This document shows, in pieces, positions 58,833-64,000 of a DNA stretch of 64,000 nucleotides. The notes under the pieces are model-generated. The model made no database searches, was not told the origin of the DNA, and worked only from the letters and a program-made list of their open reading frames with translations. The position numbers and the translations under genes were made by a program. How positions within the stretch are numbered: the stretch's first letter is position 1; the number at the start of each line of letters is the position of its first letter. The stretch comes from Candidatus Altiarchaeota archaeon. Its GTDB lineage: Archaea; Altiarchaeota; Altiarchaeia; IMC4; SCGC-AAA252-I15. The stretch is taken from the NCBI GenBank assembly GCA_043800255.1, contig JAZDNF010000013.1:64001-128000 (forward strand), in the 5' to 3' direction.

Positions 58833-59996
58833 CTAACTGTCACTTTTCAATACATCTTTCACGCTGTCTATGACATACTCTACATCATTCTCAGTCATTT
58901 TTGGGAAAAGTGGTAGAGTGATAATTCTATTGTATAGATCTTCTGCTGTGGGACAAATGCCCCTTTTGTACCTAAGATTCTGATAATAGGTGTGGTAATA
59001 CACAGGGACATAATGGACTGCTGCTGCAATATTATGTTTAGCTTTTAACTCATTGAACACCTGCTTCCTTGATTTCCCTATTTTTTCTGTGTTAAGCTTT
59101 AGAACGTATATATGCCAGGAGGATTTGCCGTCAGGCGACTGGTAGGGGATTGTCAATCCCTCAACGTTTTTGAACGCCTTATTATACATGTCCACATATT
59201 TTTTTCTGATTGAAAGGAATTTGTCCAGCTTTTTTAGTTGTGATATCCCCAATGCAGCCTGTAAATCATTAAACCGATAATTGTGGCCCAAATATTGCTG
59301 GTCGCTGACCCAGTCGCCGTCTTCGTCTCTCAACTTTAACTTTTTAGGATCTCTCGTTATCCCATGATTCCTAAATTGCGCCAGTTTTTCGTAAATTTCT
59401 CTGTCGTTTGTTGTAATCATCCCGCCCTCAAATGTATTTATCTGCTTCACAGGATGTGTGCTGAAAACATTCATAACAGATATGGAACCTATCATTCTGT
59501 CTTTATAAGTTGCGCCGACGGCGTGACAGGCATCCTCAATCACAGTCAGACCATGTTCTTCTGCGATCGCATTTATTGAGTCCATGTCAGCAGGCTGTCC
59601 AGTATAGTGTACAGGCATTATCGCTTTAGTTTTTTTTGTAATTTTCTCCCTGATATGTTCTGGATCGATGTTGTACGTATCTTCTTGAATGTCTGCAAAT
59701 ATCGGTGTACCACCACAGTATAGCACACAATTGGACGTTGCTGCAAAAGTCATTGGAGTTGTTATGACTTCATCACCTTTGCTTATCCCTGCTGCGAACG
59801 CACATGCATGCAACGCTGCCGTGCCGTTTATGAAAGCTACAGCATACTTCGCATCAACGTATTCTGCAAACTTTGTTTCATACTCCCTCACCGTCGGAAG
59901 GGCGCCTTTGAACCCCCTATTTAAAACCTCCATAACTCCGTTTATATCGTCATCGTCAATCCAAGGTTCCGCATAGAACAGCGTCTCTTTTCTCAT
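58833..59996 (-). CDS. PseC-like DegT/DnrJ sugar aminotransferase
   Basis: NGTAALH, EDACHA, HPVKQI.T.EGG, RNHGI, VHYVPVY. Confidence 0.88.
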   Translation of the reverse strand: MRKETLFYAEPWIDDDDINGVMEVLNRGFKGALPTVREYETKFAEYVDAKYAVAFINGTAALHACAFAAGISKGDEVITTPMTFAATSNCVLYCGGTPIFADIQEDTYNIDPEHIREKITKKTKAIMPVHYTGQPADMDSINAIAEEHGLTVIEDACHAVGATYKDRMIGSISVMNVFSTHPVKQINTFEGGMITTNDREIYEKLAQFRNHGITRDPKKLKLRDEDGDWVSDQQYLGHNYRFNDLQAALGISQLKKLDKFLSIRKKYVDMYNKAFKNVEGLTIPYQSPDGKSSWHIYVLKLNTEKIGKSRKQVFNELKAKHNIAAAVHYVPVYYHTYYQNLRYKRGICPTAEDLYNRIITLPLFPKMTENDVEYVIDSVKDVLKSDS

Positions 59997-60015
59997 TGTA
60001 AGTCCCCTCCATCAC

Positions 60016-60465
60016 TTATCTGTGCTTTAGACTCCAATCGTATTTGATATGACTTTTAAAAGGATCATATCTTATCATCTCATTAGGATCGTGCGGTTCT
60101 GTAGCACAATTAGCTACTATGGCAGGTTTAACTCCGATCGTCTTGTAACCGTTTACAACACCCGGGGGGATTTTTATCACTTCATACTTGTCTTCGCCGG
60201 TGAATATTTCCATGAGTTCACCATATGTCTTAGAATCTTTTCGTTCGTCGTACATGACCAGCTTAATCATACCCTGGATGACAGCATAGAACTGGGTTTG
60301 CCTTGTGTGTAGATGCCACCCTTTGATCACTCCAGGATATGCCATGGAAAAATATATCTCTCCGAATTTTTCAAATTCTGGGTCGTTAGCTTTTAGCATA
60401 TGCATTATCATACCCCTCTCATCAGGTATCTTCTTCTTCGGGATTACCTTAACATCGTCTATCAT
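60016..60465 (-). CDS. NDP-sugar 3,5-epimerase family cupin (RmlC-like)
   Basis: DERG, IKGWHLH, IPPGV. Confidence 0.82.
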   Translation of the reverse strand: MIDDVKVIPKKKIPDERGMIMHMLKANDPEFEKFGEIYFSMAYPGVIKGWHLHTRQTQFYAVIQGMIKLVMYDERKDSKTYGELMEIFTGEDKYEVIKIPPGVVNGYKTIGVKPAIVANCATEPHDPNEMIRYDPFKSHIKYDWSLKHR

Positions 60466-60481
60466 TTTTCATACCACCTCG

Positions 60482-61507
60482 TCATTTCACCCAGTACAAG
60501 TTTTCATCCAATTTGCCATTTTCTCTAAGGAACGTCAATTGTTTTAATCGGGTGTAGCACCTGCTTTGGAAATCTTCAAACGTTAGATTCGCTTTCCGGA
60601 ATCCGTCCAGCAACTCCAGCGTGCCTTTCTGTATGTCCCATGTTGGTTTGAAGGTCTTCAGTGTTTTGTTGATTTTATCAAATGATACATTGTATGTTCT
60701 TGAATCGGAACCATGTTCGTAAGTATATTCCACCTCGCATGACGGCAGTTGTTTTTTTATGACATTTGCAAGATCCCTGATCTGATAATTCTCCTTATTC
60801 TGCCCTACGTTAAAAGCCTGGTTGTGTATTAACTCTTGGGGTTCCTCTAACGCAGATAAAAACGCCTTAGAGATGTCCCCAATGTGGACTAACGGCCTCC
60901 AGGGCGTACCATCGCTCATTATTTTGATTTTTCCGGTGGTATAAGCCCATCCGCATAGGTTATTCAGAACCAAATCGAACCGCATTAGGGGGGACAACCC
61001 GTATGCGGTACTATTTCTCAAGAATACTGGTGAGAAGTCCTTTGTCGCTATTTTTTTCAGGTCAGTTTCTGAGTCTACTTTTGATTTAGCGTATGCTGTT
61101 ATTGGATTTTGAGGTGACTCCTCAGTTAAAGCTTTTTGGTCTGAGATACCGTAGAGACTGCATGATGACGAGTAGATGAACCGTTCGACGCCGTTTTTTA
61201 TTGCTAGTTTTGCCAGTTTAACAGTGGCTTTGTGATTTATCTCGTCTGTCAGTTTCGGATCTAAGCTGCCCATCGGATCATTCGATAGTGCCGCCAGGTG
61301 GCATATTGCATTAATACCTGCAATGTCTTTTTTCGACACATTTCGGATGTCTTTAGTGATTTGTCTTATCTCAAAACCGTCATGGAACAATTCACAGTCA
61401 GAGTAGTAGCCGCTATCGTATCCGATTACATCATATCCTTTTTCTACTAATAGTTTTGTCAGTATTTTGCCGATGTAACCGTTGTTTCCAGTAACTAGAA
61501 TGCTCAT
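60482..61507 (-). CDS. NAD-dependent epimerase/dehydratase (extended SDR)
   Basis: TGNNGYIG, LAALSNDP, SSCS.YG, YAKSK, DGTPWRP. Confidence 0.88.
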   Translation of the reverse strand: MSILVTGNNGYIGKILTKLLVEKGYDVIGYDSGYYSDCELFHDGFEIRQITKDIRNVSKKDIAGINAICHLAALSNDPMGSLDPKLTDEINHKATVKLAKLAIKNGVERFIYSSSCSLYGISDQKALTEESPQNPITAYAKSKVDSETDLKKIATKDFSPVFLRNSTAYGLSPLMRFDLVLNNLCGWAYTTGKIKIMSDGTPWRPLVHIGDISKAFLSALEEPQELIHNQAFNVGQNKENYQIRDLANVIKKQLPSCEVEYTYEHGSDSRTYNVSFDKINKTLKTFKPTWDIQKGTLELLDGFRKANLTFEDFQSRCYTRLKQLTFLRENGKLDENLYWVK

Positions 61508-61586
61508 TTAAACCTCAACCAGATAGGATGCTTAAACGGATAAGATAACTATTGGAATATTGCTTTTATATATGTAACTAGAACGC

Positions 61587-62375
61587 TCATTTCCATACTT
61601 TCCATTCGGCTTTGCCGGAAGTCCACAGCTTGTTTAGGTAGTCCATATCCCGGACATTATCCATGCAGTACCAGAAGTTATTGTGGACAAATGCACGTAA
61701 CCTCCCATCTTCTGCGAGTTTTTCCATAGCCCCGAACTCAAAATCACAATCCTCGTCATGAGTCAAGTAATCGAAAAAATCCTTCTTGAAAACAAAGAAG
61801 CCGCCGTTTATAGTGCCAGAACCAAGCTGCGGTTTCTCCTCGAATTTTTTTACTTTATCGCCGGAGAGTATTATCTCCCCGAAGAGGGAGGGAGGTCTAA
61901 CTGCCGTTACTGTTCCAATTTCACCATGCCTGAGATGGAAGTTATGTAGTTTATTGATGTCAACATTCGCAATCCCGTCTCCGTATGTAAGATGGAAGTT
62001 ATCTGATTTAACATACTTTTCTATGCGTTTTATCCTGCCCCCCTTGAGTGTTTCCAAGCCGGTATCGGCAAATGTTATTTCCCACTCGTCCCCGTTGCTG
62101 GAATCGTGGATTACGGGTTGCTTGTGGGGGTCCATATCAAGGGTGAAATCGCTTGAGTTTATCCGGTAGTGATAGAAATACTCTTTGATGTACTCTCCTT
62201 TGTAGCCTAATGCTAGTATGAACTTTTTGAAACCATAGTGCGCATAGATCTTCATTATGTGCCACAATATCGGCCTCCCTCCGATCTCAACCATCGGCTT
62301 AGGCTTAGAAACCGTCTCCTCCATAAGACGAGTTCCCTTACCACCACATAGAATGACGACCTCTGGTTTTTCCAT
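61587..62375 (-). CDS. rfbF: Glucose-1-phosphate cytidylyltransferase
   Basis: LCGGKGTRL, PKPMVEIG.RPILWHIMK, LTYGDG, INGGFFV, W.CMD. Confidence 0.93.
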   Translation of the reverse strand: MEKPEVVILCGGKGTRLMEETVSKPKPMVEIGGRPILWHIMKIYAHYGFKKFILALGYKGEYIKEYFYHYRINSSDFTLDMDPHKQPVIHDSSNGDEWEITFADTGLETLKGGRIKRIEKYVKSDNFHLTYGDGIANVDINKLHNFHLRHGEIGTVTAVRPPSLFGEIILSGDKVKKFEEKPQLGSGTINGGFFVFKKDFFDYLTHDEDCDFEFGAMEKLAEDGRLRAFVHNNFWYCMDNVRDMDYLNKLWTSGKAEWKVWK

Positions 62376-62406
62376 GATTTTCTCTATTTCTTATCTAAAC
62401 GAAATC

Positions 62407-64000
62407 CTACCTTATAAATACATCATACATTTCATCATTTATTTCCCCAAATAGCCCACCTATTGTTTGCCCCCATCCGCCTCTTTTTGAGGATATAATG
62501 CTTTCCTCGTTATCGATAATTTTTCTCACAGCATGCTTGATCTCTTCGGGCGAACTGACGCTTATTCTAGTTTCTGGATTGAGATCTAGTGGGTCCAAAT
62601 CTAGCTTGTAATCTGACCGTACATGAACTACGGGGACAGTTAGAGCCATAGCTTCAACGCATGTTGTTGAGGATGTGTAGAGCAACAGATCACTTTTCAT
62701 CAAAAGATTACTGAGCAAACCGTTTGAAATAGTGAAATGTGGGGGTAATGAATTTATCCCTAGGTGGTTTTTCATAGAATCAAATGGTGTTAAAGGATGA
62801 CACTTTAGTACTACCTCATAGTCATGTTCATCTTCGAACGCCTTGAGAGTTTTCCATATTAATTCTAAGGCCTCATTCTTATCAACCGATGTTGTAACGA
62901 TAATCTTGTGCGGAAAGTGAGAGTCTTTTGACGTTCCTTTGACTTTGGTTGAATCTCTCATGCGTAGGATATGTGCAAACCGTATTGCACTTCCACACCT
63001 TATTTTTTTGGCGTCATAACCGGATTCTAAAAACATTTTTTGAGTGAGTTTTCCACTGGTGATTATCACATCAGGGGACGGCATCACAGCTGACTCGTTC
63101 TTTGAGAAGAAATAATTTAGGAACATGTTCGAGACGGGGACATGCTGGTAACCTATGACATTTGTTGCAGGATAGAACTCCCTAAAAGCAAAACAGTAAG
63201 CTTTCTCCCATACCTGATTTTCATAGGTATAAATGAATCTATCTACAGGTAATCTTCTTTTATTAATATTTTTTACAATATTGTATCGGAGCAAGCTTCG
63301 TTCCACCCTGGATCCTGTCCAATCATCCTTTAGGTTTTCGTAAATCAAGTCAGATATGTCGAAATTCTCGAACAGCGGATAACTCTGGGTTTTAGGATAG
63401 TCCATAAACGTTTTGAACATGACGCTGAGTATGTCTGAAAAATTAATAAATGCTTCGGGAATCAAAAAGTTCTTTTTGCTTTGATCTATCTTTTTGATTA
63501 ATTCACCGTAGGAGTTTCCAATAATCTGTGAAACGATCAGTACATCCTCTCCATTCTGGATTAGATAATCGCTCAAATCTCCAAAATAGGTGTCCACGTA
63601 ATTGTCATCTGAATCAAATGAGCGTTGGTCAACCCAGTTGTGGAGTAATACAAAGCCTTTTCCCTTTTGATTTTTTTTTGGTCGAATATTGCTGAATTGA
63701 TATTTTCTCATTAAGATCAGCTTGTATAAGCTGTCTGTAAAAAAGACTCGTTTATATCGGAAGAACCTGGAGATATCCCCGAATAGCTCATGTATATCTT
63801 GCGTCAGTGATTCTACCCTGAGAACCGCATGTTTTTGTGTGGAACAACAATTCTTGAGGATGCTCTTTCTGAGATACCTACTTTCAACAAAGAACACAAT
63901 AGTACCCCCGTTCTTATTTGACTCTAGGATATCTGAACAAACGTTGAGATAGCAACACTGTAGGAATACCCTCGAATTAAGTGGACTCTTCTCTGAGAGG
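62407..64000 (-). CDS. Surface carbohydrate biosynthesis protein, GT-B-like (open to the window edge)
   Basis: D.YFG, YENQVWEK, GYQH, VLKCHP motifs; no stop codon upstream of 63897. Confidence 0.65.
   Translation of the reverse strand, partial: LSEKSPLNSRVFLQCCYLNVCSDILESNKNGGTIVFFVESRYLRKSILKNCCSTQKHAVLRVESLTQDIHELFGDISRFFRYKRVFFTDSLYKLILMRKYQFSNIRPKKNQKGKGFVLLHNWVDQRSFDSDDNYVDTYFGDLSDYLIQNGEDVLIVSQIIGNSYGELIKKIDQSKKNFLIPEAFINFSDILSVMFKTFMDYPKTQSYPLFENFDISDLIYENLKDDWTGSRVERSLLRYNIVKNINKRRLPVDRFIYTYENQVWEKAYCFAFREFYPATNVIGYQHVPVSNMFLNYFFSKNESAVMPSPDVIITSGKLTQKMFLESGYDAKKIRCGSAIRFAHILRMRDSTKVKGTSKDSHFPHKIIVTTSVDKNEALELIWKTLKAFEDEHDYEVVLKCHPLTPFDSMKNHLGINSLPPHFTISNGLLSNLLMKSDLLLYTSSTTCVEAMALTVPVVHVRSDYKLDLDPLDLNPETRISVSSPEEIKHAVRKIIDNEESIISSKRGGWGQTIGGLFGEINDEMYDVFIR

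Noticed and set aside
324-63952. Numerous antisense and alternate-frame ORFs in the six-frame track (e.g. 1775-2461, 18946-19689, 26539-27198)
   Set aside because: They fully overlap well-supported genes and show no protein motifs; they are shadow ORFs.

Overview
Archaeal chromosomal window (archaeal-type TrpRS, AlaRS, Dph2, NOG1, FKBP and Mre11; TATA-like promoters). Bases 1-25 kb are housekeeping genes of roughly balanced GC: aroA, aroC, panD, an mdh/larA divergent pair, amtB-glnK-glnA with a divergent Lrp regulator, mre11, alaS and nadE. Bases 25-64 kb are a large, mosaic surface-glycan locus that is visibly AT-richer after about 38 kb and carries three toxin-antitoxin modules. The most unusual gene is a 1391-aa protein fusing a SerK-like (ParB-fold) free-serine kinase, a class V PLP aminotransferase and about 550 aa of helical repeats. 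Other things not in the ORF track: a 32-aa Lys/Arg peptide gene; direct repeats bracketing two TA cassettes; deletion scars of a WbpA/WbpD/WbpE-type pathway around an intact WbpB-like gene; a frameshifted hicA; and a decayed second copy of the 3' end of the GT4/AglH-like gene. No rRNA, tRNA, CRISPR, transposase or integrase was recognised. All family calls come from motif recognition by eye, with no database searches.
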